Source: Phoronis australis
Taxonomy: Eukaryota; Animalia; Phoronida
DNA: 64,000 nt
Direction: 5' to 3'
NCBI GenBank assembly: GCA_002633005.1
Contig: NMRA01000028.1
Location: 275,989-339,988 of the forward strand
Shown piece by piece: positions 52,168 through 62,861 of this stretch. The translations under genes were made by a program, and so were the position numbers. Below the pieces are notes generated by a model. The model was not told the DNA's origin. It searched no databases and saw only the letters and a list, made by a program, of their open reading frames with translations. The stretch's first letter is position 1; every line of letters begins with the position of its first letter.

Positions 52168-55100
52168 CTGAAGAAGAAAAATCACCATTACATGGAGTTA
52201 TACCAACTGTCTGCAACACTATCAATTTCAAAGTAAAAACCAACGTATGATGGGAAGTAGCTGTCAATCAAAATGCAGACTATAAGACAATAAGATCTTG
52301 CTAAATATGCGCAATTGTTGCCCAGTAAATATGGAGTGCAACAAAATTAGTGAACACCAACTGCAGAGGTATGGACTCAACTCCTCCATGAATAAATGTG
52401 ACGGGACTAAAGATTGAGAATACATCGAAAGCAATTCATACTGCATGAAAATGACAAGGACGCATCTTCGAATGAATCAATCTACGTAATTAAGGTTCAT
52501 ATTCATACCCAACTGACTTGATAACACACTAAAATTCATAGATACGACAGTTTGGCCAGCTTGCACTCAGCACACAGTGGTGTCTGCATTGCCCCTTGTA
52601 AGGAGCTTGTAGCGAGGCTACAGTAGGTGTCATCATAGTGCTCCAAACCACCACTGGGTACATATACGGTATTGTGGAGAACACTCACCTTTCTACCAGC
52701 TGACGTGTCCCTCCTGACTGTTGATGCCATACCAATATGTTGATGGTTACCACCACCGTGAGGATGCTCAACAGGCTGAAACAAACAGACAGACGGTCTT
52801 GATATGAAACCTAATAATGACAACGCAGACAGACCCTGATTTACACTATTTTCTTCTCAAGCCAACTGTACTAAATTATCACAAAGTATTGTTGTTACAG
52901 CCAACCTCACTTAAACAAACGTTTTAGAAAGCCCCTACAGAAGCTCGTAACAAGATTTGACTGAACTACAAAATTACTATTACCTAACAGTGTTAATGAT
53001 TGACTCTACAGATATCAAGTTGAGTATACTCTATAGAAATATTAGTATCAACTGGTAGTAGACCTTCACTATCACACATTTGATTCACCACTACTTTGCA
53101 GTTGAATCGTCCACATTCTTCAAGAGTCCTCTTGCTGAACACATTCATAGTGGTGATCTGAGACTTGGATCAATTCTATACAAGAGTTGCCCCATATTCA
53201 TTGTGAGCAATGAAAACAACACCGAAATCAATCAAACTGCCAATTTTTCAAAACATATCTTTCATTTCTAACCACTATATCATGAGACTGAAAATTACAT
53301 AACTTGAATGCCTTATGCCACACGGCAATAAACTGACAACAATAATAAATGTAATGCACTTACAAGCAGTTCAAATGCTAGAAAATAGTAGTCATGAGCT
53401 GTCATTTAGTCTGTAGACTATCTAAATGGCCACTTACGTTCATGGCCACACCACGGACTTTAGGCCAGCAGTTCCTCTTAGCTTTGTACTTGTGATAAGC
53501 ACGACCTGCCTTCAACATGGGCTTGTCAATTCTTCCACCACCACTGACGATACCTGCAGAGGCCAAAACAACTTAGTACATAGCATGAATACATGCACCC
53601 CTGGACAATGTTATGAGAGTTGAGCCTCTTTTGCCATCTAAGAACACCAAAAACTGTTAACTCATTCCTCCCTGATCCCACCATATGGCGTGACTGTTTG
53701 TTTTCACTCAGGGGCGATTGTCAACTGGAGGGGTTATCTAAACAGTGTGTCTCAACGGCGAATTATGCCTTCAGGAGGGATAGAAGACAGCAACTTATTG
53801 GTTTAAGTTTAAATATATCTAGGGTATTCCCAGTTTTCTGTCCAATGAGGATTGAGACACAAGACTGTGTATTAACTTATTGTTTGTAAGTCAATGTCTA
53901 TTGGTTATTGCTGGACTTTAGAACCATTTCTTCACCGGTAATTATCAATTCAAGGAAGAACCAGGAAGCATGTTAACTTTGTAGTGGGTGTTGTAGTAAC
54001 TTTTGAAAGGTCATAGAGATGTTCATCCATGAAATATTGTATGTTTGTTTGATTTGAAGAATAGATGGAAGCTAATTGCTCTGAATTTGAGCCTAATTGG
54101 TGTTACATAACACTGCCGTCACCACTTAATCATCTGCTAGGGTGTTCCTTTTTATTTTATTAGAACTGACCAGAAACAATAACAAAATGTCCATACATAC
54201 TTCTTGACTTCACCAGATATGACAATATCGAAAAACACATTTTTGTTATTTAAAGGGCAACATACCCGCACCTTCTTGCCAAAACTATGATACAGGCAAG
54301 TTACTATGATACAGGCAAGTTACTATGATTGAGGCAAGTTACTATGATACAGGCAAGTTACTATGATTCAGGCAAGTTACCGTAACAAAATTGGTCTCAT
54401 CTTGTGCCTTTCCCAGATTAGAAATGATTTCTAGACTTGAGAAAAACTAACAGGTCCTTATTGCTTCAGACGAGGCCCAATAAGTTGGTTTTCATGGTGG
54501 CTTTGTTTTAACTGGCAGCAGTATAGGAATAATCGGCAAACCAATTTTAATTCAAAGGACATTGCTTCAGAGGAGCAAATGTTTCAGAGAAGATAGTTGA
54601 TGTTTCAGCACAAGAATATGGGCAGTTTACACAAGCTTTAATACAGTTCTCCTATTTGAACCCTCAATATTTGCAACTATGTTTCACTACATACAGATAT
54701 AGGATAGCATATAATGTGCCATTCAAGAAGTCTGAAGGGTCACATTGTTCATTGTCACTTTCCATGAGAATATACACTGTAAACAGACTCAGAAACAGCC
54801 TCTTGTTGTCACCATCATCAATCAGGTGAGTATGTGAGTTATCGTCACAGCTCATTTACAGTGCTTCAGAAGTGGGGCAAATTTGCAGCTATAGCAGTTC
54901 TGTTTTGCAGTCACGAGTTCATCGAAGTTGAATGAAATTTCTGTATCTGTATTTGATGAGAACACAAGCCAATATGGATAATGTAATACGTTTTAACCGG
55001 TCCCACAGGAGAGGTTGTATGTTACTCACCCACCATGGCCCTGTTGGCAGATGGGACGATTTTCTTTGTACCCGAAGGCAGCTTGATCCTCGTCTTCCTA

Positions 55101-56434
55101 GTGTCAGGATTGTGTGACACGACTGTGGCATAGTTACCAGAGGCACGTGCGATACGGCCACGGTCACCCGTCTTTTCCTCCAAGTTACACACTATGGTAC
55201 CCTCAGGCATGGTCCCCACAGGCAGAACATTACCAATCTGAAGGGCAGCTGGAAGGGAAGCAATGCTGCTAGGTGAGTAAATGGAACAACTACATCACCT
55301 GCAGTATGAACAGGGAGCAGTCATGTTGATGCTGCTCATGCAAGGACACCCAAAGATGATTCAGGTTTTAAGGTGACTGCAGTCTTCTCATCAACAGAAA
55401 ATTCAAACTTGACTGGAATACAAGAACACGTACGTGTTCAGAAGTTCGTGTACATACTGTGGGGAGTTTGAGTGTTAAGCATAGGAATAAATGCATTGAA
55501 TTGAAATGTCCCAACTTACTTAAGAAATGACTAACTTCCCAATACTTTAAATTCGTTGCATAGGTTTTAAGACTGGGTGCAAGTAAGCCAAACTCATCAC
55601 GACAAAATTCAAACTACACATTGTGACGAATCAAAACAGGTTGTGAAGAACACTAGACTAGTACCTGTTCAGGATACTATGGCAACAAATAGCTAGACAC
55701 AATGCAAGGACACTGATGAAAATCTAAATACACTGCAGAGGACCAAATGTACAACAAAACACTCAAGTATGCAGTCATTTGGCATGTGGTTTCACCAAAT
55801 GTGCATTCCTTATTCAATTCCTCACAACACATTACACTAATACATAGCAAATGAGACTGAATGGCTTATGAACCTTTACGACCGCAGTAGACAAATTGTC
55901 CTGTGTACATGCCCTCACAGGCAATGAAGGTCTCACGTCGCAGTTTGTACTTGTAGGGGTCTCTGAAGACGACACGAGCCAAAGGAGCACCACGACCTGG
56001 GTCATGGATGATGTCCTGAAAGAGAACACAACAGTTATACAACTATGAACCAACCACATGTCCTTCAAAGAGACTTATTTCCAAAACACAGTGGCATGAT
56101 AATTTAATTCATTTATTAATTCTAAAACAACTTCTAGGTGTCACTAGTAATCAGGACACCAATCCTTACATTGCAGTTGAGACAAATAGCAGCAGTTTAC
56201 TGGATAGTCTAACGTGCTTGCATGTTCTATTCCAAATATGGTTTATCTGACCTAACAGATATTCCAAACCAACACAACTCAGCAGTTATTATGTACCTTC
56301 ACAACTCCCTTGATGTAGCCATGACGTTCAGCAAAATCGACAGCTCTCAACTTGGCCGCTCCCTTCCTTTTCTTAGTGTGTGCCTTGAATACACTTCCTG
56401 GACCCTTACGCTGACTCCTAATGACGCGGCCCAT
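52090..56434 (-). CDS. RPL8: 60S ribosomal protein L8 (uL2), 259 aa, six coding exons: 56434-56297, 56015-55874, 55248-55030, 53553-53438, 52775-52689, 52167-52090
   Basis: Spliced ORF of 780 nt, all introns GT-AG: [19 protein letters not shown]...[13 protein letters not shown]...[13 protein letters not shown]...[50 protein letters not shown]...[16 protein letters not shown]...*. Confidence 0.98.
52563..52641 (-). ncRNA. Candidate box C/D snoRNA in the last RPL8 intron (target unknown)
   Basis: gcac-t-ATGATGA...CTGA-gtgc: canonical C and D boxes, 4-bp terminal stem, ~79 nt, sense to host, internal hairpin gctcctt/aggggc. Confidence 0.7.
52689..52775 (-). CDS. RPL8: RPL8 coding exon 5
   Basis: [29 protein letters not shown]; ttcag acceptor, gtgagt donor. 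Confidence 0.97.
52988..53160 (-). ncRNA. Candidate double-hairpin RNA ending in ACA (H/ACA-like) in an RPL8 intron
   Basis: Hairpin 1 TCACCACTA...TAGTGGTGA; hairpin 2 TCTAC/GTAGA plus AGTTGA/TCAACT, followed by ACA-NNN; no canonical ANANNA in the hinge. Confidence 0.35.
53438..53553 (-). CDS. RPL8: RPL8 coding exon 4
   Basis: [12 protein letters not shown]...VRGVAMN; tgcag acceptor, gtaagt donor. Confidence 0.97.
54284..54380. repeat. 19-bp minisatellite x5 (ACTATGATACAGGCAAGTT) in an RPL8 intron
   Basis: Five head-to-tail units read directly. Confidence 0.95.
54786..54853 (-). ncRNA. SNORD95: Box C/D snoRNA, SNORD95-like (guide for the 28S A in AAC[A]GCCUCU)
   Basis: GTGACGA (C)...CTGA (D')-t-TGATGA (C')...AGAGGCTGTTT-CTGA (D); guide complementary to 28S AACAGCCUCU; 10-bp external stem 54775-54784 / 54854-54863. 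Confidence 0.8.
55030..55248 (-). CDS. RPL8: RPL8 coding exon 3
   Basis: [17 protein letters not shown]...SANRAMV; tccag acceptor, gtgagt donor. Confidence 0.97.
55874..56015 (-). CDS. RPL8: RPL8 coding exon 2
   Basis: [23 protein letters not shown]...GQFVYCGRK; ttcag acceptor, gttcat donor. Confidence 0.96.
56297..56434 (-). CDS. RPL8: RPL8 coding exon 1
   Basis: ttgtag|agccATG; [10 protein letters not shown]...GYIKGVVK; gtacat donor. Confidence 0.97.
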
Positions 56435-56662
56435 GGCTCTACAATAATAGTCAATTTTAGTTACAAAATAACGTAGACATGCCCACTGTATCAGTACAAA
56501 CTCTGAATATTACACATTCAACCACGTTGCAGAAACATGGAGTCAAACAACAAAGCACAACAGTGACCATCGTCTCTTGCCAATAGAATTGAAGCTTCTA
56601 TAGGAGTTTGATACGCTGGAAGCTAAACAGTGAATTATGCCTCACACACTGTCCACCAGCAC

Positions 56663-57256
56663 CAAAGTCACGTTGTTATAAGTACCTTTTGCACATACAG
56701 GTACACCTTAGGAGGCCGTTGATGTCTTAAATTCCTACTCGAACAAATACTCCCATAATCAAACTCGTTCTTCGAGCAGTCCTTCATTCAGTTGTCCAAA
56801 TCAGCAACTTGCCAAAATTTAACACTTCGCACTATTTTTACAAGGCTTGGAATGACCAATGACAAAAAGGATTGAAAATTTTCCAGATAAATAGGCTTGT
56901 TTGCTAGAAATATCCTTTTGTTGCTTGAAAATTTTTTTGCACGAATTAAGTCAAAATAATGGTAAAGAGACAAAAACTAAGAAACTGGAAATCAAATAAG
57001 AGGAAATCGAAACCAAAAAACAGGAAATCCTCTTAAAAGAGGAAAATTCCAAGCCCTGTTTTTATCAGCAAGCCAGAAGCAGTGTTCAAAAATGGCCAGT
57101 GGCCGATCTGGGCAACTGAACGAAGGACGGAGTGCTCGAAAAAACGTTTGACTACGGGAGTATTTTTAGAGATGGATGGAATTAAAGACATTGATGGCTT
57201 CCTGAGACTAAGGTATCCCTCTATTCACAAAAGCTACTTATAACAACGTGACTTTG
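56663..57256. mobile_element. Palindromic MITE (arms 56663-56802 and 57105-57256) in RPL8 intron 1
   Basis: CAAAGTCACGTTGTTATAAGTA is mirrored by TACTTATAACAACGTGACTTTG, and the arms align for ~140 bp. Confidence 0.75.
56841..57058 (+). mobile_element. CAGGG-terminal MITE with 6-bp TSD (TTTTTA)
   Basis: TTTTTA|CAAGGCTTGGAAT...ATTCCAAGCCCTG|TTTTTA. Confidence 0.8.
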
Positions 57257-57717
57257 ATGTTTGAACCCAAGTGAAGTGTAATTCCCCGAAAAACTTCCGG
57301 CGTGTGAAGCTCTGGTAAAAGTTGAGTCACTCCTCAAAATAATTGCTGAGAACCAATTTTACAAAACAAATGCCATGTCCGTTATTCAGTTTCCGGTAGC
57401 CATTTAGAAGAGGAACTAGTTTACTCCATTTCTACCAGAGCTCCTATAAGAGCTGCAGCGTCTCTACGGTCAGCTAATTGTCACTACTGTTTAGTCACAG
57501 ATGATACTGTAACCTCGCAAATATACAAAAATGAAGCAACGTCAGCAACAACCATCTTCCAATATTGAGCACCGACTTAATATGCGAGACGGATCGGACA
57601 TACGCGAACCTGAAACTTTTTGGCAAACTCAACTATGAATTGGTGACCTCGGTTCAGCTCGCTAGGTGGGCATTGGTCGGATATAGTGGTCCCTGATTTA
57701 GCAGTCCCTGATTTAGA

Positions 57718-58215
57718 CAGGGCTTGGAATGACCAATGACAAAAAAAACGGAAACTTTTACGGCCCAACTCATGCCCGATAACCAGCCTTTGAAATGGTC
57801 AATGTGAACCTTTCCGCGACAAAAATTGGGTGGACTAAAACAAAACAAAAAAAAAACCGTTACCACCATTAGTAGCATGCGTCTGCGTCCTTTTAGCTCG
57901 CCCGTCCACTCCCAACCCACACCATTTTGGCTGCAGAGCGGTAGTATTTGTCGCCGCGCTTAACAATAACACCATTGAAAATCACACCACGCTTTACCCA
58001 GATGCCCCGGCAATGTTGACAATTTACGTTCCTCCGAAACATAAAGAGCAACTTCCGCTTTCCGAGGTGAACGTCGTCTGCAACGCCGCGGTAAGAAAGG
58101 AATTTGCCGCTGAAATCAAATCAGATTTTTTTACGCGGAAATATTATAAAAAAAAGCGGAAAGCACATTTCAAAAAAGCGGAAATCCGCGTTTCCGCGGA
58201 AAAATCCAAGCCCTG
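57718..58215 (+). mobile_element. CAGGG-terminal MITE with 6-bp TSD (TTTAGA), nested in another palindrome (57674-58311)
   Basis: TTTAGA|CAGGGCTTGGA...TCCAAGCCCTG|TTTAGA. Confidence 0.8.
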
Positions 58216-58685
58216 TTTAGAAAACCAGTTTCATCTACCAAGTAAAGGGCCCGTTGTTCTGTGATTGCCTGGTTCTCTAAATCAGTGACCGCTAATCGCT
58301 ATATCCGACCAGTTGAGTACTGTCGAGTTTTCTTACGTCGGACGTTGGCATCTTTTACTTTGGATTTCGAAAAATTGATGGTCAGCTAAATGTTTAAATT
58401 GCTGCTCTAATGCATGAGCACCAGTTGTTCGGATATTGTTAGATCTATAAAAATTGATGTGGTTTGACTGGTCAAAGCTTACAATAGTACAATATTTCAA
58501 CTACAAGTGGAACAAATAAAAAGGCATGTTGTACCTGTTAAAGATGTTAAATTCCAAAATATAAATTACTGGGGAGTATATAAATATATAATATATGTAC
58601 ATAACATCTGGTGAACCACTGATGGTCCACAAACGTTAAGATATTAAAAGATTTTTAAGTCATTACATTTTCTTCTGGCACTCAC

Positions 58686-58710
58686 CAATATGGCCGATTT
58701 AGAAAGGAAG
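58686..58710 (-). promoter_or_regulatory. RPL8: RPL8 non-coding exon 1 with 5'TOP/TCT initiator
   Basis: Minus strand CTTCCTTTCTAAATCGGCCATATTG|GTGAGT: pyrimidine-tract start and consensus donor, typical of ribosomal-protein genes. Confidence 0.8.
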
Positions 58711-59120
58711 TACGTATTGTGCACGACAACGACAAACCGACGCTACGAAAAATAGTAATTGAGTTTAAGAATACCTTCTTTAGTTATATAAGCTTCACAT
58801 TAGTGAAGACGTTATATGGAAATGCAAAGGACCTTATTTTCACAAGAAACATCGAATATTTTGCGACTACCGCATTTCGTAATTTGGGATTGTTTAATGC
58901 TTTGAAAATATTTTTGAAAGAATTCTATAATTTAGGAATCAAAAAGACTAATTAGTCCAGTTTTAAACATCTTATGATACTTAAATGAATATACAATACT
59001 GATATTTATTGATGTCAACTATTTTGAATAACTGTACAATAAATCTTACACTAAAAATGCACGCTCCCACCAAAAGTGTCACGTGATTATGAACCCTGCG
59101 CACCGGCGTTTCTTTGTCAG
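58711..59120. promoter_or_regulatory. Bidirectional promoter between RPL8 and DDX3
   Basis: Divergent first exons ~470 bp apart (TOP start to DDX3 ATG); E-box GTCACGTGA at ~59078 and Inr-like TCAGTC at ~59117. Confidence 0.65.
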
Positions 59121-59180
59121 TCTTTTCCTTCACCCAGGAAGACGAAACGTTAACAATTGGGAAATCCTTTTGCTTATAAT

Positions 59181-59225
59181 ATGCTTCATGATTCCAACCA
59201 AAATGGACAAGGTCTAGAGCAGCAG
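59181..59225 (+). CDS. DDX3: DEAD-box helicase DDX3/PL10/belle, coding exon 1
   Basis: MLHDSNQNGQGLEQQ|gtacgt; 15 codons, phase 0, like DDX3X MSHVAVENALGLDQQ. Confidence 0.85.
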
Positions 59226-59709
59226 GTACGTATTTTAACAGGGAATAAAAAGAACTGATATTAGAAGTCAAATGTTGAATATTTCTGTTAAAATTTCACT
59301 TATTCATTCGCGAAATTTTGCCCACGCGCCGAACATGTGATGGTTGGACTTTTTGTCGAATCATAGTCGAACTGATTCTGGTTTAATCACTTATCTTCTG
59401 ACTCACTCATTCATTTAAGTCATTCTAGTCAGTTTGAATCTATTTGTTTCTTAATTAACGCTCACTTGCTGGTTTATCTCATGGTAGCGACTGGTACACA
59501 AAACAACTAATTTGAACACGGCAGGGGTCCATTATTTTTGAGATCCATTCAGTTTGAGATAATAGTTTAACAGGTGGATCCCTCAATAACACCAAAGCTG
59601 CTCATCAGAAATTAATAAAAGATACCTCATTCGATTTTTCTATCATTAATCGTCCATTCAGATGTTCTTTCACATCGGTGGTGTTCTATTGTTGATATGT
59701 GGACTGTCT

Positions 59710-60841
59710 GGCTTGCTGATCCCCTACGTGCCTAGCCAGCACGCAGGTATCACGCAGTGGCACGCGCTTTAGCATTGGTTCCTGTAACCTCGGTAACCTT
59801 TACATCACGGTGAAAAAATAGCAGACTGTGAACGATTTTTAGTCTTGTCTTGCAAGTGGCGTCGCAGTGATGTTAATAGGCGCTAGGCAATGACCATCGC
59901 CTCTATTGGCCCGAACCAGAGGCGATGCAGCTCCTATAGGCGCTCTGTACGCCGGAAGATTTTCAGCGAATTATGCCCCGACAACGACTTTTTTTAGTCC
60001 TCTTGATTTTTGTCGGCAAAAGGTCCACACAGACTTTTTCAAGGCTGCCTGCGTGCATGTTTCGGGCCATAAAAGTTTCCGCGTTTTTCGCCATTTGTCA
60101 TTCCAAGCCCTGAAACTTACGNTTCACGTCGGGAACTTGACTTGCGCTCTAGAGACTTTCAATGGCGGTCGTGTAGAACAGTAACACCGTACCCGCATGA
60201 ACGAAGTCAGTTTTGGGATCTGAAATTTGTTGTGAGTATTTAACGCGGCAGGAAAGAGCATCATCTAAACATTTTCTCGATGATCTAAAATCAATTTTGG
60301 CGCGTAAAAATGGCGGGAAAATTTAGAGACCTGGCATTTGTGAATGCCAGCTGGATTTTGGAAATGCGACCTGGGATTCTGGCTGGGTCGCAAAATGCGA
60401 CCTGGCGATTTTAATAGCGTCGAGCCCTGGGCTTGCTGATCCCCTACGTGCCTAGCCAGCACGCAGGTATCACGCAGTGGCACGCGCTTTAGCATTGGTT
60501 CCTGTAACCTCGGTAACCTTTACATCACGGTGAAAAAATAGCAGACTGTGAACGATTTTTAGTCTTGTCATGCAAGTGGCGTCGCAGTGATGTTAATAGG
60601 CGCTAGGCAATGACCATCGCCTCTATTGGCCCGAACCAGAGGCGATGCAGCTCCTATAGGCGCTCTGTACGCCGGAAGATTTTCGGCGAATTATGCCCCG
60701 ACAACGACTTTTTTTAGTCCTCTCGATTTTTGTCGGCAAAAGGTCCACACAGACTTTTTCAAGGCTGCCTGCGTGCATGTTTCGGGCCATAAAAGTTTCC
60801 GCGTTTTTCGCCATTTGTCATTCCAAGCCCTGAAACTTACG
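59710..60841 (+). repeat. 412-bp direct duplication (59710-60121 and 60430-60841), probable haplotype assembly artefact
   Basis: Three substitutions between copies; a lone n at 60122 marks the junction. Confidence 0.85.
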
Positions 60842-61575
60842 AATTTCACCTGATATCTTCCATGCTATTTTGCAAGTGTCATGTGCTTCACTCAGTCTCG
60901 CGCTAGCCTTTGCCTAACTCACATGACTCAGTAAAAATACTCTGTGGTTTTTCGCACGGTGATCAAAAAAGTGGAGTTGGAATTCTTCGCCAAAGTCACC
61001 TCAATTCTGGTAGCTATGCTTCATCGTAGATATGTGTAGAAGCAGAAAGGATGACTGAAGAAAGCAAGCACATTTTTAAGTGATAGTGTTAAGTGTAGAA
61101 TGTATTTTTGACGAGGTGAAAAATCTTAATAGGTGAGAGGATTTCCGCTACCGCCCGTTTAAAATACACGGGACAAAATGAGTACAGAAAGAAATGGGAA
61201 GTATTGTAGCCCCTAACCAGCCAACCGATGGTCTACGTGTTTCCTAACTTCTGACATTCGCCATTTGCTGAATTTCCTGCGACATCTTCTTGGTGATGAT
61301 GACAACTTCACTGAAGCAAAATCTGTTGCAATAGACTCGCCTCCTGATTACAGTGACGTTCTTCCTGTGTTTTGGATCCATCACCACCAGACTGGCACCC
61401 TCCCCATCTATTTGCAAGCCTTAGTAGGGTGCCAATGTTGAAAAATTCACCAGTACCGTTATTTCAACCTGGTATAACTTGGTGTGTAAGCCAGGCGTCT
61501 TAATTGATAACTTGGGTAAGCTATTTGTGACAACTGAAATTCATTCGTGATGATTCTTTGTCTATTGTCTTTCAG

Positions 61576-61642
61576 TTTGCTGGTCTGGACTTGAAGGGAT
61601 CCGTCCCCCGTGGCGGAGCTTCGAATTCAGGATCTAATCCAA
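61576..61642 (+). CDS. DDX3: DDX3/PL10/belle, coding exon 2 (gene continues beyond the window)
   Basis: tctttcag|FAGLDLKGSVPRGGASNSGSNP+1 nt|gtaagt; completes the LEQQFAGLDL NES motif of DDX3. Confidence 0.85.
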
Positions 61643-62861
61643 GTAAGTTAATAATGTAATAACAACATCCTGTCGCAGCCACCCATTTAAAATGTAACAA
61701 AATTACAAAACAAGCGAAGCTTGCATGCCAATGTCCTCCACAATAACAATTCCAAACTATGCAAATTTCTAGAGGAGTTCAATATCATTAGTGAACAATG
61801 TCTATTCTCCAGCCCTAACTTCTCCACTGGAGATACTTATGTATGTTTCAAAACTGTAAACTGAACTGGTCTGACCTACTTTTTCACACTTCTAAGTGTG
61901 TCTTTCCTACTAGTGCAGGGTTCCCCCTGCGTGTAAACTTCTGAGCGGCACCTTTTTGGCCCCGCCACTCGTAAATCATACTCAAATTGACCACCACACA
62001 CCTAATTGTGACCGGGAAAACTTCACCGCCACTCAAAAATCGCTAGTAAAAATGATCGCTAGTGAAAAGAATCACAAGTAAAAATGATCGCTAGTCAGGG
62101 ACTCATCTAGCGGCCGTCCTATGGATGGCCCTTTTAAAAAAATGACGGCTTTGGACGGCACGGCCAAGACGGGAAAAAGACGGCCTGTTCCAAGACAACC
62201 TCTGCGAAAATGAAGGCTAAACGAAGAATTTTATTATTTATTATTAATAAATTTTATTGAAACCTACAATTCATTGTTTAAGTTTGCTAAATATTAAGAA
62301 ATAACTCGACAATAGGAACTTTTGCCGTCTAGTTTTACTATGAATGTCACAATGACGATGGGCAAATACTGGCAGCCATCTTTGGGGAATACCTTCCTAT
62401 TCTGTGACGTCAAGGTGACTTCATACGGAATCCCCCGCACGACCAGTGTCGAGAAATATTGCATCCAGCGCTAACTACCCATACATGGACACTTAATCTT
62501 CGAAATTGAAGAACCCACACCCGAAGTTCAAAGAATTTGACGTACCCCTAATGCTAGTTGTTGACACGGAAGTTGAAGCGGCGGTCGATGTATTCGACGG
62601 AGCAGCCAATTTGAAATAGCTGAGAACGTACACTTCGAGTTTGAAAAAAATGATACCCGCCGAAATTCTAGCATTGACCTGCCGTACAAATGCCATCAAT
62701 GTCGTTGAACATGCAAACCAGATAAAACTTAGTGCAAACTTCCTTAGTTTGTTCGCATAGTTCCGTTGCAACTCGAACGAATGAATGAAAAAATATCAAA
62801 AAATCCGCCCGGCGGAATGACTTGTATTGATGCGCGATAATGCAGTCGGCATTTTTTCACT

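Noticed and set aside
52585-52605. U6 complementarity (AGGGGCAATG) in the orphan snoRNA
   Set aside because: It has a mismatch next to the +5 position, sits in an internal hairpin, and no C' follows the putative CAGA D' box.
54864-54926. Second C/D-like segment next to the SNORD95-like RNA
   Set aside because: Box C is non-canonical (TCGATGA) and there is no recognisable guide.
55361-55600. Long C/D RNA (GTGATGA at 55600-55594) in an RPL8 intron
   Set aside because: The nearest CTGA boxes are 160-240 nt away, with no convincing terminal stem or long guide.
60193-60258. Alternative RPL8 TOP exon (CTCTTTCC on the minus strand)
   Set aside because: It lies inside a transposon insertion in DDX3 intron 1 and would add an out-of-frame upstream ATG; 58686-58710 fits much better.
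61245-61410. Possible antisense coding exon in DDX3 intron 1
   Set aside because: Short open frame with no recognisable homology and no partner exons.
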